From Marsupella aquatica (taxonomy: Eukaryota; Plantae; Marchantiophyta): DNA of 64,000 nt. The stretch spans positions 16,057,375 to 16,121,374 of the forward strand of contig OZ316897.1 of the NCBI GenBank assembly GCA_973895155.1, read 5' to 3'. Made by a program: the position numbers and the translations under genes. The notes below the pieces were generated by a model that worked only from the letters and a program-made list of their open reading frames with translations, had not been told where the DNA came from and made no database searches. This document shows positions 27,051 to 38,828 of the stretch, piece after piece. Numbering within the stretch: the first letter of the stretch is position 1; each line of letters starts with the position of its first letter.

Positions 27051-29560
27051 TGTAGTCGTGTCGTTGCTGTAGATGTGAGTCGCGGAACTCGACTACCTTA
27101 ACACTTAGCTCCGGCGTCGCTGACTCCGACGCCGAGCTCCCTTATGGTCCAGGCCCAGATAGGCCATCCGGGGAGGACTTAGCATGGGGAGACTTGTGGG
27201 CAATGAGACGTGGCACTGTCGAGGCAAGGGGCCAAGCTGGGGACACAAACTAAGGACTTGGACTAGCCTACGGCTGGTCGGGTCAAGGGGACATGGGTCA
27301 GGCTCAAGGATGGCCGTCCGGACCGTCGGATGGACTTTGAGTTCTGAGGGCTTGGGAGTGAGCTCCTCTTGGGCCCAAGGCCAATGGAGTTGACGCCATT
27401 GGCAACGGACGCTTGGGGCGCAAGTTGTGGCCCGAAGTGGTGGCCCTCCCACCACGTGCCCGTCCAAACTCGTTTCTCAGCCTTGAAACAAGTCGAACCT
27501 TGCACTAACACGGAATGTTGGGGCAAGTTCTCCCCGACTATACTCCTTGTCGTTAGCGACCCCTCCCATACAAAGCCGCACTTGCCCTCGTCAGCACAAC
27601 CGTCGCTCAACGGTCTTTGCTATCTGCACAAGCAACCAACCAACCGGTAAGAACTTGTCTTGATCTCGGAACTCCCAAGACCATTGTCTTGCCTCAAGCT
27701 CAACAGTCGTTAGTAAGTAGGTCAGCGGATAGAGCCTCCCAGGCCCGCATGGCCTTGCCATAAGCTGAAACTAAGGTCGACATCACTGTTCGTCCAGAAC
27801 AGTCTATCTACCGGATGTCGCCCAAGCTTCCCCACTCTTTACCCGTCAATGGCTGACCGCCCTGCCTCCAGGACATGCCCATGGCCCAAACTCAGTTTGT
27901 CACAAACTAGTAGTAACACGTCGGGACCATTCAATTTCTAGATCTTAGCCACCTCTATGCGAAACTGGGTTCCGCTCAACCTCTCACCATGCATCGGGAC
28001 CAGATCTCAATGGCAGCCCCCAAAGTCTACTTGGTTCTACCTCTCCAACATCAGGTCCCCATGGGAACCAAATGCGGTTTGGTCACTGTTCGACTTCGGA
28101 TCGGCAAGAGGGACTCTCCCCATTGCAAGCCTCAAAACCAAAATCATCCAATGCACAATCAGAGAGCACCATGAGGTAGCTTTCTTCATTAGCTTTCCAA
28201 CGAGCCCAAGAACTCCCCCAACGGAGATCCGGTCGTCGAGTTATGTTTGTTTCTGCTTCAAAACTCGAAACGACGTATCTTCGTTGATCGCGATCAGCTC
28301 GAGCTCAAACTTGAGAGGACCACTCCCCTCATATATGCTTCTGGGGACCTGCCACCCCTGGACCAGCTTTGGTCCCCTATCTTTGGCCCCCTACCCGAGG
28401 GTCCGTGGGCCCCGCCACTTAGCTCGAAACGAAGATAATTGAAAACCTTCTGTAACTTGGCCTCGAGCGCAAATTGTGGCATAAGGGGCTAAAAGTTACG
28501 GCCCTAACCCCGCTCTGGTCCAGGCAACCCCCCCTGGTCCAGGCAACCCCCTCTTGGTCCATCGATGCGCGGCGACTCTAATCGAGTCTAAATCGGCCAT
28601 AACTTTTGGCCCCTAGGTCCGTTGGCCAAAACATATGCGGCCCCATGATCGGGCTCATGTGGGGCTTCTCAGGCCCCTATGGTGATCCGTTGGAAAAATA
28701 GTTCATTTTTCCGTGATCGGCAACGGGCCCAAACTACAAGTATGCGGCTTGAGTCGGCCATAACTTTTGGCCCCTGGGTCCGTTGGCCGAGAAATATGCG
28801 ACCCCATGATCGGGCTCATGTAGGGCTTCTTGGGCCCCTATGGTGATCTGTTGGAAAAATAGTTCACTTTTCCATGATCGGCAACGGGCCCAAACTACAA
28901 GCATGCGGCTTGAGTCGGCCATAACTTTTGGCCCCTGGGTCCGTTGGCCGAGAAATATGCGGCCCCATGATCGGGCTTATGTGGGGCTTCTCGGGCCCCT
29001 ATGGTGATCCGTCAGAAACATAGTTCATATTTCCGTGATCGGCAATGGGCCCAATAAAGTTAAGTGGAGCGCGTTTTTCTCAAGTCTTGTCCTTGCTCTT
29101 ACTAGCCTCCTCTTTGTTAGTTGCATCCCTAATGGCCATGATGGTAGCAAATCTAAGAGGGGCTCAACGCTGGAGTTAGGCAACGCCGGAGCAATTACGA
29201 GTAGGTGAAAGTTGTAGTCGCGACTCCCGATCCGGGTTGGGCCGGTCGGTGGCCCTGAGCGGAAATCAGATTTGAGGGCCTAGGTATGAGCACTGGTTCG
29301 GCCCGGTCGCAACGGGCTAAGGCACTCCGCTTGCGGATGCCTATCAGAAAGTTATGGGCGTTGTCAGTTGGTGGCGCGCCCATTATGCGCGATGGGATCC
29401 GAGTTGGGGGCCAAATATTTAGGGACCAAAGCTGGTCCGGGGGTGGCAAGTCCTTAGAAGCATATATGAGGGGAGTGGTGTCTCCCTGGGGGCTAAGGGC
29501 GAGCCGAAGTTGTGAGCCGCGGCGGTTGCGACTGTCGTGCGCATACATATCGCTACACAA
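27051..29560. repeat. GC/CpG-rich LTR-like repeat fragments in both orientations
   Basis: 28320-28392 is an inverted match to 29405-29478; 27077-27145 is an inverted match to 29156-29226; 27560-27890 is an inverted match to 39880-40195. Confidence 0.65.
28593..29054. repeat. 161-bp tandem array, ~2.9 copies
   Basis: TCGGCCATAACTTTTGGCCCCT starts at 28593, 28754 and 28915. Confidence 0.95.
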
Positions 29561-29670
29561 CATACATCGCTTGTCACATACATCCAGACATAGTCACACT
29601 GCCACATCACAAATACAAGAGAATGGAATACAAGTGGAACTCATGTCCACACATGTCCAAAACCCACAAT

Positions 29671-29680
29671 CGCCCCCCTA
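29671..29680 (-). other. Putative polypurine tract of the retrotransposon; 3' LTR would begin at 29668
   Basis: Minus strand reads TAGGGGGGCGAT then TGTGGG, about 165 bp after the pol stop codon. Confidence 0.45.
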
Positions 29681-29846
29681 GCTGGGAGTAAGGTCCCCTA
29701 ACTCTAGCTAGCCATGAGTTCTACAAGGTTGATATACACCTTTTTAGGTGTGAAGATCAGGAGGTCGGGTGCAAGTGAGCCCCATCGATCACCTACCTGC
29801 AATCCATATCTGCCAAGAGAACACAAATGATAACTAGTCGGCTTCA

Positions 29847-29984
29847 CCGACACTGAGGACACAACCATGATCCACTAGGAATCACCTGCAATGGTGGTGT
29901 CAAACATGACATGTGCCATCCTCTAGAACACTTATCACAAATCAACATAGTAGCTGCTCCCTGAGCAGATCCACACAACATATA
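29847..29984 (-). other. PHD finger at the integrase C-terminus
   Basis: YMLC...MLICDKCSRGWHMSCLTPPLQVIPSGSWLCPQC fits C4HC3 with the first Cys replaced by Tyr (TAT). Confidence 0.88.
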
Positions 29985-32900
29985 TTTCAAGCCAGCACGA
30001 ACATGTGCCAAGCTTGGATCTATTGTACCATCAATGTTGGGAAGGTGACATGGTGCACAGTTGCGCACATGATCCTTCCAAACCATACCATCGCGTCCCT
30101 CCAACATCAGGACACCAGAAGGCAACACTTCACGCACACGTAAGATTGTCCGGCCTGTGGTCACATCAAGTGTCGTGGGTGCTGTCTGCTGCAAATAAAC
30201 ATAATCACCAGGATGAAATCGTCGAATGCTTGCACGGTAACCTCCTCCACGAATAGTGGCATACCTCAAAGTATCACGATGTTGGGCAATGGCAAGGTTG
30301 TCAAAAGCCATGGGCATCACTCTCTGAAATACCCGTGCTCTCTCTGAACACACCTTGACCCAAACATCAGGATCATCCAAGTTCACAACTAGTGCAGCAT
30401 GACGACGAATAGCTGCTGGCAAATCTGGCTCTCTACCATAGAGCAAAAAGTAGGGTGAGAAGGATGCAAGTGATGCTTGCCGACTGAAACGGTAGCCCAT
30501 AGCTAACCAAGGTAGCTGGAGATCCCAATCTCCCAGATGACCAACCTGCAAGCCATACTTACGCAATCCTCTCTTCATAGTTTGCACAACTCTCTCAGCT
30601 AATCCATCTGCCTCAGGATGATCACGAGAGGTAGTGCGATGATCAATCAGAGCTTGTTCACACAAACTCTCAAACTCTCCACGGAACTCAGTTCCCTGAT
30701 CAGTCAACACCTCAGCTGGTGCTCCAAAATGACTGAGTACACGATCCAAAAATGTAGCAGCAACTCCTCCACTGGCTTTATCTGGCAACGCCACTAGCTC
30801 AATCCACTTGGAGAAGTGCTCCACCATGACCAAAACATACCGATTATGACGTTGGGTAAGAGGTAATGGACCAGCAAAATCCAAACTCCAACGATATCCC
30901 AAACCCATGATCGGTAACGGGTGCAACTGGGGAGTGGGAGCATTAAATGATGCTCTCACTCTGTCACATACCACACACTTAGCTATCAACTGCTGGACAT
31001 GAGTGTGCATACCACGCCACCAATACTGCGTCTGCAGCAAGCTGTAAGTGCGCTTCACACCAAAGTGACCCAACTCCTCGTGCGCATGTCGCACCAAATG
31101 TACTCGTTGTGATGGTTTTGGTACCACCAACATCCTACCATCATGCAGTACTCTCAAAAGATGGTTTCCCTCCCATCGAAACCTCTTGGCTCTCTGTAGA
31201 ACCCTGTCACGGTCCTTGGCATCAACACTGCCAACAATAGAACTATTGCGCAGATATTCCAACACTCTCACATCATTGTGAATATCTTGTTGTCCAGAAG
31301 TTACCTCACCAACATCCACATCTGAAGACTCATCACCCACTCCATCCAATGAAGTAGAGTCCACAGATCCACTGTATGCTGGCACCCAACAAAGAAAGGC
31401 AGATGCATGCCATCCTGGCACCATCTCCTTATCTGACTCATCATGCCATCTGGCTCCAGTCTCATCCTGCTGACTGGTACATGGATTGCGGCTTAATCCA
31501 TCTGCATCCAAGTTCACTTTTCCAGGCCTATGCACCACCTGGAAATCATACTCCTGTAACAACAATGCCCATCGTGCAAGCTTCCCTGTAAGCTTGTCAG
31601 ACTCCATTAACCACTTAAGAGGCTGATGATCAGTGATCAAGGTGAAGGGGTTACCAAACAAGTAGCAACGAAAGTGTGCAACAGCCCACACTGTTGCCAA
31701 ACACTCTCCCTCATAAGAGCTATACTTAGCCTCTGCTGAATTGTTTGATCTACTGGCATAAGCCACAACAAACTCATTCCCCTCATCATCCTTCTGAGTC
31801 AGCACTGCTCCAAGTCCTACTCCACTCCAATCAGTATGTAGCTGAAATGGTCTGCCTGAAATGGGTCTTCTCAAAATAGGGGATGATGCCAACCTTTGCT
31901 TCAACTCCTGAAAGGCATGCTCCTGGTCATCACCCCAAATCCATTCCTGATCCAACTTAGTGAGTATGGTCAAAGGTTTAGCAAGCTGGCTAAATCCTTT
32001 AACATACCTCCTGTAGTAGCTCGCCAATCCCAAGAATGCACGAACTCTACTCACATCAGTAGGACAAGGAATCTGTGTAATGGCCTCCACTTTAGTCTGC
32101 TGTACACCCAATCCCCCTGGGTATATGGTGTGGCCCAAATACTCAATCTGGTCTTGGAAGAACTTACACTTGCTAGGATGGAGCTTCAACCCATGTGCTC
32201 TCAATCTCTCCAACACAGTCTGCAAGTGCTGCTGATGTTCTTCCACAGTAGAAGAATAGACCAAAATATCATCAATATAACATCTGACAAAATCCAAACC
32301 TGCAAGGATTCGATCCATGACTCTCTAGAACTCAGCTGGTGCATTCTTCAACCCAAATGGTAAGAATAACCATTGATACAAACGATCTTTGCCATAAGAA
32401 TCAATCCCCCAGAATGCTGTCTTGGACCTGTCAGCATGCCTAATTGGAAGCTGATGGTATCCTGCCCTCAGATCCAATGAACTGAAAACCTTTGCATGCC
32501 CCACAGCATCAAAGATCTCCTCAGGTGTGGGCATGGCATATCGATCAGATTTTGTCTGGCGATTAATAGGTCTGTAATCACCACACATGCGCCTATCTGT
32601 GTAATTGCCATGCACATCCTTCTTGGCTGGCATCACTGTGGCAGATGCATACTCCCCATATGAAATCTCCACCAATCCAGCCTCCAACAAATCTTGAGTT
32701 CTGCTTTGAATCAGAGCTCTCTCCATGTCACTATAACGGTATGGTCTACGAAAGATTGGCGCATCACTAGCCAATTCAATCTGAATACCAGGGCCCTTCA
32801 ATGTCCCCAAATCCTTCATGCTGAATGCAAAACAATTCCAATAACTCTTCAGGAATCGATGCATGCGACGTCTCTCCTCCCCTGTTAACTTAGGGCCAAG

Positions 32901-33159
32901 CTGTGGTTCCCAACTCTCCACCAAATCCCTAATATCTCTTTGTAGGGTAGAAGAGATAGCCGATGATTGCTATTTAGCAGTAGATTGAGCAGTCCCTTCC
33001 TGCTCAACAATCTGTCCAGCCGCCAATCCTGTCATAGGTCCATGGACTGTCTGCTCGCCCCCAGCTGTGGTCAATACTGTCTCAGTGGACCGCAAGCTCA
33101 CCAAGGGACAATCAGTAATTCCGGCAGAGCGCATCCGCAACTGTTCAGCTACTCCCAAG

Positions 33160-34100
33160 CTGATAATCCAAGTCAAACAATTCAAATCCATTGCTTGACC
33201 AAGAACCTGGCGCCGCAAACCCTCTGACACAGAGACAACTGCAGTGGTGCCAGTCAAAAATCCCATAGCACGCTCTCTCTCATCAGCAGTAGGCTCCACT
33301 AACTGCTGGAGAGCTGTGTCCCATACAAGTCCAGGGCCACCTGCTCTGAATGCATATGAAGTAGAGTGGCTTACAAGAGTGGGTAATGCACAACGTGGGC
33401 ACCCAACTGCATTGACCATTGCCAATGGAGGTCTATCAGGTTGGGTCACACCCTGTGCACGACGCCCTGGATCCAAAATATCATCCACCACTAAGGCTGG
33501 TGAGCGTGGAATGCTGTCAAATGCGCGCTTCAGCACCTCACATGGGATCAAATTAGTCCACCATAAGCGTGGACGATGTGCACAAGAACCCACACGTGCA
33601 GCATCCAATAACACAGCAGGTCCAATCCAAGACCTCACCTGGTGAACACTGGCAACAATCCGACTACGATCATCACCTAACAATGACACATTCTCCAAAA
33701 TGTATGCTGGAGACTGTGTCTGATGTAGCTGGAGGTGACGCAGCACCCGTAACATCTCCCAAAACAATGCAGAGCGTGGATCATGAAGTCCATGCCCAAT
33801 GCCAGCTCTAGATTGGCCCTGACATGGCCAACCAACAATCACCAAATCAATGGGGCCAACACGATGTAGATGATCCGCCCCCAACAATGAAATATCAGCA
33901 GGTAGTGCATGCTGATAACCACGAACAGCATCCACTGGCAGCAACTGTGGATATCTATCCACCAACATAGCCACATGTCGCAATGAGACCCTCCGTGTTG
34001 TCTCATCTGTCTCCACATACAAATAACGACGCACAGGAATTCCTGCCTGAAGAACAGCAGCCAATCCAATGCTAATCCCACCAAAAAGATCCAACAAAAA
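33160..34100 (-). other. DNMT3-like C5 cytosine DNA methyltransferase domain inside pol, between protease and RT
   Basis: Motif I LDLFGGISIG, motif II YVE, motif IV DLVIVGWPCQ (catalytic Cys codon 33822-33824), motif VI YILENV, motif VIII AHRPRLWWTN, motif IX ERERAMGF, motif X RRQVLGQAM. Confidence 0.92.
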
Positions 34101-37100
34101 AATACCCTCCAGTGGATACTGCCAAGCAATAGGAGTGGTATCCAATGGTGAAAGAGTCACAGGTCCATCTGCAAGAGACTGCTCTGCTCCTGACTGTGGT
34201 GTAAAAGCATGACGTCATGCATCATGTACCAATCGTGCTGCTGCCTGTGGCAAGGCTTGTGCAGTGCCCCACACTGGTGGCACAACACTGCCAACAGGTA
34301 ATCCTCGCATGATGTGCTCCTCATGAGACTCCTCCAATGGTGGAACATCGGCTGCATGCGCATTACCCTCAATCAAATCATCAGGTCCAGCAATTACACC
34401 ACTGAATGCTGCCAAAGACAATGGTGTGGATTTAGGGCCTCCCAGAGGTCCACTAAATCTCACTGGCAATTTGCTCAATCGAGCATCTCCTAACTGCCAA
34501 TCAGGTCTATATGACACTGATTCCTCCCAAAAATCAAGAATAAATCCCATGGGGTAGAGCACTATACATCCCACCAACACATCATATGACTCTGCCTTAG
34601 TCAGAATAGCTCGCGCCTGTATCTGTGATCTATCTGTGGTATGACCTTCCTGAATCCTCAAATCAAGTGGTCTCCAGGTGATATGCTGTGTAGGTGTAGG
34701 TCCCCCCAATGAAGTCTGAATGGGAAAGGGACAATCCTCCAAATCCTCTGGACGCAATCCCAATCCACGTATGGCAGACTTCCCCAACATCAAGGGCTGA
34801 GCACCAGTATCCAGTAACACTCTCTCTGGCTGGTATACTGCTCCAGAAGGCCCAACTAATCGGAAGATACCACTCCGATTATCCAATGACACAACACTAG
34901 GTTTAAACCTAGTCCTCTCAAATGCAGGGCGTGCTGGTAAATCCACCAACCTCGCTGCTGCTGCATGCCATGTCTCACTAGTAGCAGTAGGTGGCATGGT
35001 CTTCACTGCATCAACACTGCAAGTTGCTTCTGCATGGGAAGCAACCACTGGAGTGTCCTCACAGAGTGTAGCTGCCAATCTGAACACTTCTACAGGACCA
35101 ACTCCCAAGTTCAGCATGTTTGTCGCTGAAAATAATGGAGTGCGTACTATGGCAGTAGCCGCCCCCAGCAAGGTACCTATCATCCCTGCTGCATCACTAC
35201 CTGATTTTGCCAACTTACCCACATCAGGGTTTGTCCGAACCGGGTTCATAGAGGCAATCTGAACTGTCTCTGACAATGTAAAAGACTGAGGAAGCTTTGT
35301 CTGCCGACGTGCATCCCCCCTTTGTGGATCTAACTCCACTACTGCTCCTCGGGGCTCAAGAGCTTTGGCTGCCCCGCGTGTCAAAGCTGCTGATGCATCA
35401 ATATGTGCAGTGCCACACATGAATCCCATGGTGGCAAGGTCTCCATCAGCTCCATAAGATGTGGAAGGACCATGGGATGTGGAAGGTCCATAGGATGTAG
35501 ATGCCCCATCACCAAAATTAGGTCTCACCTGGGAACTAGCCATGGCAGCTAGTTGTTGCTCCAATTGAGCAATCTTAGCATCCTTTGGATCTATGGTTAC
35601 AGCAGGGGCAGCGTCACCTCCCTGTCTCCCTGCATGTGGCATGCCACGACCACGTCCACCACCTCTACCTCCTCCTCCTCTTCCCTGATCATGTGTACGG
35701 GATCCTCCTCTCCATAACTCAGGGTGGAGTGAGAAACACCTATCCTTGGTGTGTCCAGGAGCTCCACAGTGATCACACTGTCGCTGATCAGGCGCTGATG
35801 CTCCCCCTGATCCTCTATGATCTGGACAATATCTCTGTGCATGATCCCCACCACAGGTCCAACATCCTGACTGCTGTCCAGCATAAGAGGGCACAGGTCT
35901 CTGGCTGGTAGACTCTCGTGCAGTAGGCTTCTCCCTCTGGCTCTTCCGTGCAGTAGGCTGTGGTGTGGATGTAGATGCAGCCTTTGGTGCTTCCTTGGCA
36001 AATCCGAAAGTCACCACCTTCTCATTCACCATATTGAGCTCAATGCGCTCAGAAAGGGTGAAAACAACTGCTAATGTGGGATCTGCATCCCTAAGCAGAG
36101 TGACATCTCTCACTCTGCGTCGCAATTCTCTGTCCAGAATTGCATACCAAAACTGGACTGCCTGAGCCTCTGTCACTCCCTTGGTGACAGTGATCAATCT
36201 GCGCATACGTGTGTATGCCTCACGTAGGCTCTCTCCAGTCTTGCGTTGGAACTCCTGAAGACCCTTCAACTTATCAGTTCTCACACCCTGATAGTTCTGT
36301 TTCAGTACCTCAAAGAATTCCACCACAGGATTAAATGCTGGCGCAACTCTAGTTCCTGTCACAATCACACCGGCAGGAGTAGTGGTGGATGCTGCTGGAG
36401 TGCTGCTGGTGGATGGTGTGCCACTCTGGCTAGTGCTGCTAGAAGAAGCAGCAGCTGTGGCAATTGGTTGGGCAGCCGCACTAGTGCCATAGGTGATGGA
36501 CATGTAATTAGGCGACCAATGCTGCCTCCATGCCTCAATCTCAACCAAATGAGCCTTCCGAAACTCATGGTAGTCATCCATGGGTGGCCCCTCCAAATGC
36601 TGGAATAATCCCTTCCATGCCATGAAAGGGGTAAACAACGTGACATTACGCAATGTCTGCATATCGCACCACGTATCAAACTCCTGGATGAAGTCATCTA
36701 GATCAATTGTGCCAACTGCACCAGAGTATCGTCGTGGGCCCTTTATAGCCCCGTACATCTCGTCCATATCCCACAACAAAGGTGCAACCACCTGATGATG
36801 AGGAGAACTGGTCACTGAGTCCTCATCAGAATCACTGTCTGAAGCTGCACTGCTGACTGCTACCAATGCCGTTGGCCGAAACTGTGCCCCACTCCGAGTG
36901 AAACCGGTCCATCGTCCATCGGGTAATCCAGCAGCACCAGAAGAATCCGTGGTGACCAACCCTAACCTAATCTATGTGCTAACCCTAAGGGCAATCTATC
37001 CCTGTCAGCACCACAAGCACTCACCATGGTGTGTTGGGCATCACTCCAACATCACCAAGAGAGAAATACACAGCACACTAGAATGTCCAGTTGCAAACCC

Positions 37101-37489
37101 GGATCACTCCTATGGAATCAAGTGCCCACACGAAACTAACATGGCGCATAAACAGGAAACATGTGTGAAGAGGATCCAGAAACAAGAATGGATACCATTC
37201 AACTCTCCACACAAAAGCAAATGCAAATCAATATGACAATGTGCATAAGGTTCAAGGAAGAGCCTTCATAATAGGCTTCACAATGGCACTCCAATGTTGT
37301 AGATGAGAACCAAGGCAAAATTGGTTCAATCTGTGAGTCTAGATGGACTCAGAAGTATCAAAAACCCTCAAACAGCCTCTGATTTGGCTTAGAATAGGCC
37401 TCTAAACAAACCGGGAAGTGTATAAAGCCCCCTGGCGCTTGAATCTAAACAACAAGTTGTCAAAGCTTGTGTGTACACAAGGTGGGATG

Positions 37490-37546
37490 AGAACTTGCCA
37501 GTTAAGCGCTCGCGGTTGGGAATAGCCCTGGGATGGGTGACCTCCT
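37490..37546 (+). promoter_or_regulatory. 5S rRNA-derived internal control region (box A - IE - box C), Cassandra-like
   Basis: AGAACTTGCCAGTTAAGCGCTCGCGGTTGGGAATAGCCCTGGGATGGGTGACCTCCT aligns without gaps, about 43/57 by hand, to the plant 5S core recalled from memory. Both 5S ends are absent. Confidence 0.7.
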
Positions 37547-37924
37547 CGCGCTTGACCTTGTGCCTCCCCTCGCGCTCATGGCCCGGAATAGCCCCGGGAT
37601 GGGTGACCTCGACCTCGCGCCTGCCTGCGCTCGCGATGGGTGACTTCGCGCTCGCAGTTGGGAGCACTTTCGGGATGGGTGACCTCGTGCGCCTCACACC
37701 TGACCCCAAAAATGACTACTTTCTTCACGAAAAGCTCCCGAAAACTGTCGATTTCCTTCATGAAAAACGCAGCCCTTCCACAGAATTGGCAGCAGCTTGA
37801 TTCAACACCCTTGACCCTCGTTTCTTTCACTGAAACGATGATACCGTCGCACGGGGCATTGGCAGCTCCGTTCCTTCAGGAAAAGAGCCGTCGCTTCACC
37901 TGCGCGTTGCCAACATCGTCCAAC

Positions 37925-38014
37925 AATAGCCGGCAATCAGATCTGAAGCCCCACAGTAGCCGACAATCAGATCTGAAGCCTCACAGTAGCCGGCAATCGG
38001 ATCTGAAGCCTCAC
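37925..38014. repeat. 30-bp tandem repeat x3
   Basis: AGTAGCCGGCAATCAGATCTGAAGCCTCAC-like units. Confidence 0.9.
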
Positions 38015-38613
38015 GGATCGACTTCCACTGTCCAACATCTACTCAACATTTGCTTTCCTCCACGAATCATCAATCGACCTCCAACTCAAAACCTGTCACC
38101 AATCACAAATCTGTACATCGATCGGGAAGCAGGCCGATCGGACAACAACGATACAGGTCAAGATACCAACAATCTGTTCGATAACAACACACGATCCGAG
38201 CTACCACGAACCGTCGACAACTCAATCAATCGAACTTCTGTCCGCACAGTCCGTACAACAGATTTCGAATGTGATCTTTCAATGTAATCTCCATACAATC
38301 GGCACAACGATCTCGGTCAACAATACCCCATCGATCCCGCACCGATCCGATCACACACGTATGTCAAGCCAACGCACCTTGCACTACTCAAGGAATCCAC
38401 ATTACACAAGCGGAGCTCACAGCCACCATAGCCACACTCAAGCTCCTCTCTCTCCAAGGCTCAACATTGAAAGATGACCTTTCAATGCCTCACAAGTGAG
38501 AAGTACCCTCTCACACAAACCTGACAGAACCTTATCGGCTCCAATAGCACTCATACCAAACGTACATACTCTAATAGCACGATATACTACTACACTACTC
38601 AGAATGGTGTCAG

Positions 38614-38828
38614 TGACACGACACTAAGGGAAACCGCCAAACAGAAATGGCGATATCTTTCCAACGGGAAGTCCATTGGAGGACTTCCTGGGTTCGTTGG
38701 AAATCTCTTGATGAGGGCTACGATCTTTTGAGATCAGATGGGTCCGAGGGTGCCATAGGTTCTCGTGGTTTGCGGGTGTTAGCTCACCCGCTTGCCAAAT
38801 CCTGCCGAACAGCAGCCATGTCGTGACA
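38614..38828. mobile_element. Candidate short solo or remnant LTR, 215 bp
   Basis: TG...CA ends with near-perfect 9-bp inverted termini TGACACGAC...GTCGTGACA; the interior is an inverted match to 28175-28255. Confidence 0.45.

Larger units (their letters stand above)
29844..36959 (-). mobile_element. Ty3/Gypsy-type LTR retrotransposon polyprotein Gag-ZnK-PR-DNMT-RT-RH-INT-PHD, pseudogenised by three in-frame stops
   Basis: ORFs starting at 36959, 34160, 32924 and 32318 share one frame. Zn knuckles 35736-35864; protease LLDTGA ~34800; RT LDLRAGYHQL, PFGLKNAP, YIDD; RNase H TDWS, ECLA, TDHQPL; integrase HHCC plus LDFAGP, TDQGTEF, GLAER. Domain order PR-RT-RH-INT is Gypsy-type. First ATG at 36767. 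Confidence 0.95.

Noticed and set aside
28593-29054. CRISPR-like array (also considered 37925-38014 and 57596-58190)
   Set aside because: Head-to-tail repeats with no unique spacers, no cas genes, eukaryotic context.
32970-34160. A stand-alone host DNMT3 gene or bacterial restriction-modification methylase
   Set aside because: No ATG start (GTG), no introns or regulatory domains, and in frame with protease upstream and RT downstream.
37186-37198. tRNA-iMet primer-binding site (TGGTATC on the minus strand); similar TGGTAT at ~38555 and ~39288
   Set aside because: Only 6-7 nt match and none follows an LTR-ending CA.
37490-37546. A functional 5S rRNA gene
   Set aside because: Only the internal control region matches; the 5' and 3' ends of 5S are missing.
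37640-38287. 215-aa antisense ORF in the retroelement leader with SSRQSDLKPH repeats
   Set aside because: GTG start, low complexity, explained by the 30-bp DNA repeat; cannot be supported as coding without sister copies.
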